IMG/VR virus record: IMGVR_UViG_3300030105_002498
Location: 29,331-93,330 of that record
Reading direction: 5' to 3' (one strand)
DNA length: 64,000 nucleotides
Source: a virus
A program made the translations under genes and the position numbers. Position 1 is the stretch's first letter. Every line of letters starts with the position of its first letter. Below, one piece after another: positions 39,515 to 51,500 of the stretch. The notes under the pieces are model-generated. The model made no database searches. It was not told where the DNA came from and saw nothing but the letters and a program-made list of their open reading frames with translations.

Positions 39515-42500
39515 ATGAGCAAAGGTAGAAAAATTAATATAAGTGTAGAAGAAGCTTTTGGAATTCCTGCCCAGAAAAAAGGACCAGACACTATCAACCC
39601 AACTACTGACCCACTTAAAAAAAGTAATGGAGGTCCTATTTCAGAAAGTTTGTCTCCTGAAAGTTTAAGAATACTAGAAGAAACTAAAGGTGCAAAAGCA
39701 GGTGGTGCTGCTATTGATAAAGGTTCTGAATTATTTAGATTACAAGGAGGAACTTTTAGTGTAGACGAAGCTATCAACTATAATGCTAACCTAGCTGCTA
39801 ACCAATCTTTTGGAGAGCAAGTAGGGAATGTGACTATGAATGCTATACCAACTTTTGCAGCAGGTTTCTTAGACAACTTTAACTATGATATACCTGACAT
39901 GGTAGGCTTAGTTAGTGGACAAGAAAAAGAATATGGTAACTGGCTCACAGATATAACTCAGTCTTTAAGAAAGGCTGGGGATGCCCCTGTTTATCAAGAA
40001 GGAGATTCTTTAGCTGACCCAACTTACTGGGCAAAACAAGCACAGAACTTTTCTTATACAGCAGGATTGATAGCAGGTACAATGGTAGAACAAGCAGCTA
40101 TGACAGCTCTTACTGTTGAGAGTTTGGGTGCTGCTGCTCCTCTGCAAGCTTTAAGTTTAGGTAACAAAGCTAAACTATTTAAGAATGCTGCTTTTGGTAC
40201 ATGGAAAGGTGTACAAGAAGGATATATTAATGCTCTTGAAACTTTTGAAGGAACAAAGAAGAAGTATGAAGGATTAGGTTACTCACAAGAAGAGGCTATC
40301 AAGTATGCTTCCGAGGCTGCTTCTATTGGATATAAGATGGAGACTGGACCATTAATGGTTTTAAATGCTCTACAATTTGGAGCAATAGGAAAACTAAATC
40401 CTTTTGGGAAAAGTGCAGGAGTTAACACAGGTTTTGGAGGTGCAGTAGAATCAGCACTCTCTCCAGCTTTTAGTAGAATTGCATACAAGCCTCTATCTAA
40501 ATTGGTAGCAGGTGGAGTTAACATTGGTTCTGAATCTGTTGAGGAGATTATTCAAACTGGTGTAGGTAGATATGCTGAACACAGACAACTAAGCAAAACT
40601 AAAGATACCTTCACAGATTTTGAATTTTGGAATAATGAAATGAGAGACTCTGCCATTGGTGGAGCTTTTGGTGGTGGTGTGTTTACTGTTGCAGGGAGTG
40701 TCTCAGATAAGATTCAAGATAAGAAGACTGGTGCAGTTCAAGGAAGAATTTATGATAACTTTATAACAAATAATAAGAAAAGAACTGAGCAACATACTAT
40801 TGAATTATCTCAAGCTATTCAAGAAGGTGATGTAGAAAAGCAAAGAAATATAGAGTTCAAGATGCAGAGAGAATCTGTATTTGAAGCTTTAAAGTTAGAT
40901 TACACTTTGAAAAAAGAAACTGCTTTTGACAGTCACATTAAAACTTTAGAAGGAGCTTTAGAAGCTATTCAGAATAAAGACGTAGAAGCACTAAAGAAAT
41001 ATGGGTTACTTGATGAAGCTTCAATAAAGAATGCTTTGCAAAGTTTCCCAAGACTTATTGCTCAATCAAATAAAATAAAAGAGACTTTCTTAAAGAACTA
41101 TGAGAAGAGTGAAGACTTTACAGTTGCAGCTACTCTTACAGATAGTCAGATGGTTAGTGACAACTCTATCCGTTACATAGAAGAAAACAAAAAAAGTGTA
41201 GAAGAATTTAAAAGAAAAAACTTCTCAGGTCTATCTCCTCAAGGTCAAGTTCACATGAACAACCTTTTAAGAAAAGAAGAGATTATGATACAAGCTGGAA
41301 TCAATAGTATTTCAGCAGCAGAGAGAACAGAATTAGAGAGTTTAGAAGAGATGATTAATACTGGAGATGAAGGCTTATCAGAACTTGATAGGAATTTATT
41401 CAAGACTTTAGATGCTAGTGAAATTCTAAACACTTACGTTGAAAACGAGAATCTTAAAAAAGTTCAGGGGACAGCTACAGAAAGAATAGAAGAGTGGAGC
41501 AAACCTGGAAAAGCAAAAGAAGTTAAAGTAAATGAAGCTGTACAAGAAATTAAGAAAGCTACATCTAAAGAGGCTTTGGTGGAAGTTAAAGAAACTTTAG
41601 AGAAAGAAAATGCTTTGACTCCTAAAGTTGAACAAGTCATTAATGCTAAGATAGTTGAAGCTGAAGTAAATGCTACTGTTCCTCCTCAAGAAGAGGGAGA
41701 GAACTTTGCAGAGATAGAAAGAGAAACAGGTCCTCCTCCGAATCCTGTAAGAGAAGAAACTGCTCAAGAGATTAATGCAATCTTTGAACAACTTGAAGCT
41801 GAATATGCAGAGACGGATAACTTTACTACGTTGTCTGATGAACAATTATTTGAGCCTGTTGATGTATCTGATATGTCAGATGGTCTTAGAAGTAAAATGC
41901 AAAAGGCTGTAGGTCAATACTATGAGAACTTGAGGACTGAAAAAGATAACCCAAGTTTCTCTGACTTCATTCAAGACTTTATTAAGCATAATGCTAAAGA
42001 CTCAACAGATAGAATCTTTAATGCTTTAGTAGAAGGTTGGAAAGCTAATGGTTTACAAGAAGCTGACTATGCACAAGTGTATGCAAATATCTTTAAGAAT
42101 AGAAAAGATATTGCTTTTGATATTCTTGGTATTGCAAATGAGATAATTGGAGAAGCTCCAACTGTAACTGAAGTTGCTAGTGAAACTAAAAAGGTTTTAG
42201 AAGAAGTTCAAAAAGAGGCTGCACCAACTGTAGCTCTTAATACAAATAATGAACCTGTATTAAAAGATACAACTCCTTTCAGAACTTCACAAGCAACTTT
42301 AAAGGCTGCTCATTTATCTATGCCTTATAATAGAGAGTTTGTAACTGATGAAGATGGTAATGTAACCGTTGTTGATACTGATGACTCTACAGAATTGCTG
42401 ACTGGCAATGATGTAAATTCAATGAAGCTTTTGAATCCTGATTTATTTAATCCAGGTACAGTACTATCTGTAAGCATCCCACCTAACTATATGAATATGA

Positions 42501-45500
42501 AAGTATCTGTATGGGAAGATGATATTACTAAGGGTAGGTCAATTACTTTTGGAGAGTGGATGGCAAAGAACAATGTGACTAAAGGTTCTCCAGAGTGGAT
42601 TGCTAAAGTTCCAATGGTAGCTACTGACCAAGATGGGGAAAATGTCTTTATGATGCATGATACTGATTGGTATAATCCTGTAAATGTTGGATTAAAAGAT
42701 AGTCCCGCAGACCAGTTTAGCATTATCCAAGAAGCTAACTTAAATCTTATGAATGTAAGAAACAAGTTACAGGATGTTGGACAAAGTTTTGAGATTACTA
42801 TTACAGTTAAAAGACCTGGGACTTGGAAGCTAGTGGATAAAAATTCACCTCCAATAACAATTAACCAAGCTAATCCACAAACTAAATTTGCTATTGCTAA
42901 TAAAGATGGGGACTTAGTTATAGAAGCTAATGAACTCTTAGAAAAAGATGATGTCAACTTATTAAATACTAAGAAAGACTTTAAAGATGGTCACACTTAC
43001 CAAATCAGGAGAGGTGTAAATAAGAATGAAGTTATTGCTTTACAAGTGTTTAGAAATAAATTATCTGAGGATGCTGTAAATACTGTCAATGGCTTAGTTG
43101 AAGCTTACTTATACCAAAAGGATGAAGGTGGTTCTGTATCTGACTTTGCTAAAACTAAAGAGGTTAGAGAACAAGTACTTACTGCTACAGGTCTTGATGT
43201 ATTTAATATGAGAGATTTTGAAACTCTTATTAATATGTATATCCCAACTTTAAGAGGTAAGTTTGGAAGTCCTGCTAGTGTATCTATAGAGGTAGAAAAG
43301 AACCCTAGAATTCCAAATGGAACTCCATACTTTGTTGTACAGAAAGGAGCTTTTGTATTTGGAGTTAAAGGGCAAGAAATTGTTCCAGGTAAGAAAGCAT
43401 ACTATATTCATCCAATGAAAATGAAGGATGAAGGTGGACCTGCACAAATGGCATTTAGACTTAGAAAGTTTACAGCTATGTTACCTAATGCAACACAAAA
43501 CATATCTAAAGAAGGTTTATCTACAGATAGAAATACAGTTGTTATTGATAAAGATAAAAATGTATTCCCTAAAGAATCTTATAGAGAATTCTTAAAGAAT
43601 ACTTTAACCACTACAGTTAAATCTTTCAATGTAGGGACAAAAGATAAACCAGTTTATGCTACTTATGTACAACCTGTAATTAATTTTGAAGTAACTGGTG
43701 AGTCTAAAGTAGATGTAGCTAATCCTACTCCTGCTAAAGTGGAAGAGATTAAAGTGAAGATGTCAGAGGCTAAAAAAGCAAACCTATCTTTAGAACAAAA
43801 AGTAGGTTGGAATGAAGGTTTTTCAGAATCGGAAATAGAATTTGCATTAAATAGTGATAACGTAGAAATTAAAGAGACTGTAGATAATCAAGGAAATTCT
43901 GAAATTAAAATTACTGAGAATGGAAATTATGTAGGGTCAATAACTTTATCTCTTGAAATAGAAGGGTATTTAGGAGTTAGCATAACAGTTGGAGTTGAGT
44001 CTCAAGGAAAAGGTATTTCAAAACATTTATATAATTTAGCTCTTGCAAGTGTTAAAGAAAAAGGAGGGAAAGGTTTATATTCTATAGACCAAGTATTAAA
44101 AACTCCTGAAAAAAGTAAAGCAAGTAGAGCAAATTTTAAAACTTCTCTTTTAGGAAAAGAAGATTCTAAGATAAGAAAAACATTACAATCAGTTTTAATT
44201 AATGAATTAAAAGGTGAAAAAGCTGTAGTTACTTTGATTACAGATGTTTCAGATTCTTTTGCAAAAAAAGGAGCAATTCAATATAAAACAGAAACTACTG
44301 AAGCTCAAGAAAGAGCTGCATCTGAGCAAGCTGAAGAAGCTATAGAAAGACAAGTTGAAGAAGGTCAAGCAGCTTTTATAGCAAATGAAGAAAGAAATAG
44401 AAGAGAAGCTGAAGATGTAGAGATGGCTGCTTTAACTAAAAAAGAACAAGCTATTGTACAAAGTTCTCCAGAGAAGTTTGAGACTGTTGAACCATTAAAA
44501 ATTGAAGAAATTACTTCTGATGTTTCTCCTGTTGACAACAATCAAGAACTTATAAAAATAGGAACTAAAACAGTATTAAATAGTAATGAAGAATTAACTA
44601 GAATTGGGAAAGATAATAAAAGACTTTCTAAAATAGCTAAGTTAATGGCTGCAAGAATTTCTAGCCTTACAAACAGGATAGTTAATGCAGATTTAGATAG
44701 TGCAGGTATTGCAATGACTAATTTTTCACAAGACTCTATTGACGAAAATGATAATTTTTTAGAAGGTTCTATTTTAACAGATGTTGCTATTGATGAAGAA
44801 GCAATTCAAACTGTAGTTTCAGCAAGAGAAGATTTAGCTGATTTAAGGGATGAAACAATAGTTCACGAAGAAATCCACAGATACACAAAAGCTTTATATG
44901 TTATAAAAGAAGCTGCTGGAGGAGGGAGTTTAACTGACTTTGGTTTTACTGAAGCAGAAGATACTTTTATGGCAGAAATTGAAGAACTTTATCAACAATA
45001 TTTAGAAACAAACAACACTAATTCTGATTTTGCACAACCTAATACTAGCATAGAAGAGTTTATAACTTACGGTTTAACTAACGCTGCTTTTATAGCTGAA
45101 ATAGATGGAATTAAAGTAGAAAATACTAGCATATTAGATAAGTTAATTGCTGCTTTATCTAAATTATTTGGAGATAAAATTTCCATTAAGCAAGCATTAG
45201 ATAAGTCTTTTGAAAATTACATGAAAGCAGAGACTCACTTAGAAAAAATAGCTGTTCAAACAGAATATTTTACAGCTAAAGAATCTGTTCCTGTTACTAA
45301 TCCTCCTGCTGTAAAAAGTGCAGCAGAAATTCAAAATCTTAAAGACTCTATTGCAATGTTGTTACACTTAGGAGTTTCTGAAAATGCTCCAGAGATGCAA
45401 ATTCTTAGAGATGAGTTAGGTATAGAATATCTTGACGAACCAACAATTATTACTTCTGAAGACATTGCTAAAATGAAGCAAGATGTTACAGGTGTACCTG

Positions 45501-48500
45501 GATTAACAATAATACAGGATTTCCAAGTGACAGATTATGTTTTCAATGAAGTCTCAAAGAGAATAGACTTTAAGTTTGGAACTAAGGTAGATAAGAATGA
45601 GATTTTAAAAGATGTCAAATCTTCTTACTTTGATTTACTCGGACCAAAGCAAAAAAATAACATGACTACTATTGCCAACTTAGAAAAGATGGTAGTAAAT
45701 AGTCCTGGCTTAGCTCCAGTAGTTGAGAGAATGAAAAAAGAAGTTCAAGTTTATACTACTATTCGAGATAACTGGAAAATGATTGAGAAAGGTGGTTTAG
45801 ATAAAGTGAGAAAATTCACAGGTATTAAGGAGACTAATGACACTATGGAAGTGTTGAATGAAAATGGGGAAGTTGAAAAGAACTATTCTAAGACTTCACT
45901 TGAAGAAGGAGGTAAAGGAACAGCTTCTTATAGATTAAAAAGATTTCTTGCAGGTATCAAAGAAGTAGATGCCAATGGAACTCCAAAGACTGGATTCCTT
46001 GGAGTACCAACTTATGTAGGTTTTGATGTAGCTTATGCAACAATTGAATCTGTATTATCTTCTCCTGTTGAGGTTGATTCTAGTTTTCAAGATATGATAG
46101 TAAGACTTGAAGAGAATGTAAAGAATCATAAATGGTTAAGACAAGTTATTGAGCAATTAAAAAGTGCTGATGAGCAAATTCAAAATGAACTTGTGTATAA
46201 CTTTACTAGACACACATTGTCTATGAAGTTTGTTATGTTCTCTAAGAATCGAGATGGTACATACAGTTTGAAAGTCTATGACACAAACTCTACAGAAATT
46301 ACAAGAGTTATTAGAACTCAATGGGATAGTAACTTAAAGAATAGTCCACTAGTATATGCTGCTAATGGTACACATAAGATCAATAAGGATAGAGCTAAGT
46401 TCTTACTAGAGCAATTTGAAGCTTTCCAATCAAGTATTGTTCCTGCAACTGCTGGGAATGTTGCTACTGTTGGAGCTACTAATGAACAGTTAAAAACTTG
46501 GTTAGAAGATTTTGGTATTGTATTATCAGAGGACACACTTAATGAGATGAGAACTAAGCAAGTGACTTACATGACTAAGGATGGTCAAGCCACTATGAAC
46601 TTTACTAAGTTGTTTAAGAATTCTTCTAATAGTGATGGAGTTTTTGGCTTGTTAGCTAACTACTTACAAAACATTATTGAGCAAGATGATACAACTTTAG
46701 ATGAGAACCCACAGAATCACCCTTTTGATAATGCAAATAATGTACTTAAAACTTTAGCTAAGATTGAAAGTAAGTACAGCTTAAATGCTACTACTAACTC
46801 CTTTAGAGATGGTGGTAAATCTATCTATGGTTTCACAGCAACTAAGCTTGCAACAGATTTATCTAAGAAGTTAAAAGCTACAGACTCAGAATACAGAGCA
46901 CAGCTTTTAGAGAAGTCTTTTAACAAGCATTCTCACATACTTAAACTACTTAACTCAAGTGAATCTTTTAGAGATAAGATGCAGATTGACCACTTAGGTA
47001 TTACTGCAATGAAAGAATTAGGTAAAGGAACTTTTGGAGATAATTCTCTTACAGGTTTATCTAACTCTGACCATGAGTTAACTAAGCTTGGTTTATTCCA
47101 GGATAGAGAACAAGGAGAACTTAAAGAGTTCTTTGATGAAGCTAAGTTTATTGGACTAAGAATGGCAAGAATGTTCTTCCCTACTATGTCAGATAAGTCT
47201 CAGATGTTAATGTTGCAAACAGCAGTATTAGATTTGAATGCCAAGCACTTCACAATAGTTGATGGTGTAGCTACTATTAAAGAACAAATAGCAGAAGCTA
47301 TGTATTCTCAAATGGTTAGACCTGAATTGGAAAGACTTACTAGTTTTGCTGCTAGAAATGAACCTACTAATATTAAAGGTTATGATATGGCTGCTAGAAT
47401 GTTCTTGATGATTCCAGAGCTTAATAACATGGTAGATGCAGACACAGGACTAAGAGTGATTGCACTAATGAATCAACAGCCTAGTGTCTACAATATGGAA
47501 TGGTTTGAAGAGAAAATTAGACCTCAAGCAAAAGAAATAATTACTAAGCTTGTTGCTAATGACTCTGCTAAGAAAATAAAAGAGTGGGAAGTAGCTGGAT
47601 TTATTGAAACAAAAAATGGAGTTAAGTCTACTAAGTTTTTAAATCAAAAGTACTTTAACAATATAAGTGCAAGTACTGTTGAGGAAAAGATTCAAGTAGC
47701 TGCAAATGATTTTGTTATTAACAGTTTAATAAGTAATGCTAACATCCACATGGTTTTTTCAGGAGATATTGCATCTTACTCACAAGATAAGATCAAGCAA
47801 TACTTTGAAGATGGAAACCCTATAGCTCCTGTTGCAGCATTAAAAGATGGAACTATTGTAGGTGATAAAGCTTATGCTATGGTTAGTAGGGACATAATTA
47901 GTGTGAATCTCGGTAAGAGACTAGCATTATTATTAGCTCCAGGTAATAAGATAGCCAATTCAAAAGGAGATAAATACACACAGATTTTCTTAAATGATTT
48001 CTTTGATATTACTTCTAATGTTCCAACCCTTGTGGAGTTGTTCTATGGGAAAGAAGAGAGTGTGAAAGCAGCTAAGATTGTCTCAGATTACAATGCAACA
48101 AAAGATGGTGCAGCTAGAAAGAGATTAGCAAAACAACTTGCTGCTGATTATCCTCAACTTGAAGACTACTTTGATATTGAGTCTACAGATGCACAAGAGT
48201 ACACAACTCTTTCAGAACATATTAATGTACTTTGGAGACAAGGTAGACTACACTCAACACAGTATGAAGCTATGAAAGCAAAAGCTGAGAGTGGTCAGAA
48301 CTTAACTTATGAGGAGTTAAGATTAGTCTTCCAACCTATTAAGCCAGTTCATACTGGATTCAGAAATGAGCCAGGGATGGACATGATGAGAATGATGTAC
48401 ATTAAGTCTTCTTCTTATCCTTTGATTCCACAACTTACTAAAGGTTTGGAATTGGACAAATTAAGATTGATGCTTGAAGACCAAGAGAAAAAGACTGGTA

Positions 48501-51500
48501 AAAAAGTTAGAGCATCTTATCAAAGTGCAAATAAAGTTGGAGCTAACAACAAAGCAATATCTATCTTCAACCCTGATGGGACATACAATACTGAGTTATC
48601 TGATTTAGAAATTAGTGAGGCTTCTCTTGTATTAGACAGAGACAACTTTAGAATCCAACAAGATGTACCTTTTAAATCTGCAAAAACTAGTACAGATAAA
48701 GTTTCATTAGGAACTCAAACTTTAAAGTTACTTTTTGGAGATGGTATGTTAGATATTGATGACTTTGAAATGGATGGAGTTAAAATGTCAGGTAAGGAAT
48801 TATATGACAAATTTGTGAATGACTATGATGGTTATATCAATCTAAAGAAAGAATCTCTATTCAAACAACTTGGAGTGGATAAGAGAGGTCAACCTATTGA
48901 TGTAGAGAAGACTATGGACAAACTTCAAAAGATGTTGAAGATTGAAGCTGAAGAGAGAGGTTACCCAAAACAAGATATTGAAGCATTAAAAATTGTGCCA
49001 AAATTAGATAAGGATGGTAACATTATTGATGTGCAATTCAGTATTCCACTATGGTTATCTCCTAATTCAAATAGGTATGAAGCACTATTGAATGCTATTG
49101 TGACAACTAGACTTGTGAATGTAAAACTTCCAGGTAGTGCTTATGTATTAGGAACTGAGGCAGGTTACAAAATGCAAGAAGATTTTAGTGGTATTAACAA
49201 ATCAAACATTGTATTTACTTCTGAGTGGCAAGGAGAACTTAAAGCTTACGAAAAGGGAAAATTAGCTCAGATATTTTTACCATCTAAGTTCAGAGACAAC
49301 GAAGGAAACTTAATTGACTTAATGTCAGATAAGTATAGCTATAGAGATGAAGATGGGTTGTTGAAGTTAAGAGAAGATATGATTGACCCTAAATTATTAG
49401 AGAGGACTTCATTTAGAATTCCTACTTCAGCTCACGTATCTATGTCTCAAGTAGTAATTGCAGGTTTCTTACCAACAGAGGTGGGTGATTTGATGATTCT
49501 ACCTAAAAACTTTACTAAGCAAAAGGGTATTGATTTTGATGTTGATAAGGAGACAACTTACCACTTGCACACTTACATGGATGCAGATGGAAAGATGAGA
49601 GCCTTTGATGAAGATGCAAGACAAGAGACTCTTAAAAAGTTTGATTCTCAACATAATGATGATACTGCTGAAGCAAAATTGATAAGAGAAATCTTTGGGG
49701 ATGATGTAAACTTCCTTGATGATGAGTTTGAACCTGGAGAGAAATTAGATAAGATTAATGATAAGCTTAAAGAGAAAATCTTTGAGAATGAACTTGTTAA
49801 AATACATGCTGCTGTTTTATCTAACCATAATCCAGAAGTCCAAAGAAAGATAAACAAAGTTTTATCTATGGACTTTGCCACTAAGCAAGCTGAATTGATT
49901 CAAAAAGAATTGAAAGGAGACCAGGATGACACTTACTTTACTATGTTATCAGACAGTTACCACAAGTCTAAAGTAGAACTTGGGGCAGCAGGGAAATTAG
50001 GTATTGGAGTTTACTCTAACTATGTAGTATTCCACTCTATGATTCAACAGTCTAGTAAGCCAATACAATTAAAGACTAGAGATGGAGAGGGTGGTCTAAT
50101 TCCACTCAAAGTTACTATTGGAAAACAAACTTCTAATGGTATGTTAGGTGGAAAGAATTCTCTTGCTCAAGGTGTTAATAAAAGAAGTATTGCAGAAGTG
50201 TTTGCGGAGAGACAAAATACTGCAACAGATAATGAGAAAGAACAGATTATGGGTAGAGTTAATGTAAATGAAGTTACTATTAATGTAGATTCATTGCTAT
50301 CTGCTCTTGGTTTTGATAAAGACACACTTGATGATGGGTCAGCAGTTTCATTACCATACTTATTCTTATCTCAACCAATTATTAGAGACTTTGTAGAAGC
50401 TTTGAGAAAAACTAACTCTAATACTACAGAGTTTTCTAGTGCTGCAAGAGAGATAGTTATTAATGAACTAAAACAAAAGTATATTAGTGAGACTGATTAT
50501 AATGCAGAGCTTGTTCCTCAAATGATGACAGGACAAACTCTATTCAATAACTTGAATACTCCTAGTAACATGATTCAACTAGAAGTTTTAGAAATGTTTT
50601 TAGGTCTTGATAAGTATGCAAAAAATATTGCCCTACTTCAAGGTAGAATGAATATTACTGGAAGTGGACTAGGAAAATCTTTCTTTGAAACTATTGACAA
50701 ACACTATGCTTTGCAGAATATTATTAAAGATAATGAAGCAAATAAGAGTGGAATCATTATTGGTAATGCAAGTAACTTGATTGGAGATTATATTAAGAAA
50801 GATAGTATTGAACCAGAACATGTAGGAAGAGATTTTGCTAGTGAAGGTTACGTTGATTTAGGTAGCTACTGGATTAAACCAAACAATCCAATTGGCTCTA
50901 TGTTAGTCAATTCAGTTGATACTGGATATAATTTATGGAAAGATTTCTTCCCTTTTGATGATTACTTTATTAAGCAAGTGATGGATGAAATTAGAAAAGA
51001 AGTTTCAAGTGAGGATGCTAGTTCTACTAAAGTTATTGAAACTCAACAGAACATTTTCAAAGAGATGAAGAAGTTCTTTGTGACTTCACAATTACTAGAG
51101 GTTATTAATGGTGACCCTGGCGTAGAAAGACAAAGATTATTCATTGATACTGAAGGTAAACAATCTTTACCTAATTACATGAATGAAGTTGTTAGAGGTA
51201 CAAGCATATTGAAGTCTAACAAGTTGTTGTCAAGATTCCAATACACTATTAACAAGAATGGTTTACCATCTCTTATTAAGTTTGATAATACTAAAGGAGA
51301 GAACTTCGATGAAGACTACTTATATTTGTCTCTAATTGAATTGATGGAAGCTAAAGAAGCTTTACCTGATTTTCAAGGAAAGCCTTATGATACAGAGATG
51401 TTAGCAAAAGATTTAATTGCTTACAACTACCTTGAAGGAGGTATTCAAGAAGCTGTCCAGTTTTCTAAATACATTTCTATATCTTATTTAAACACAATTA

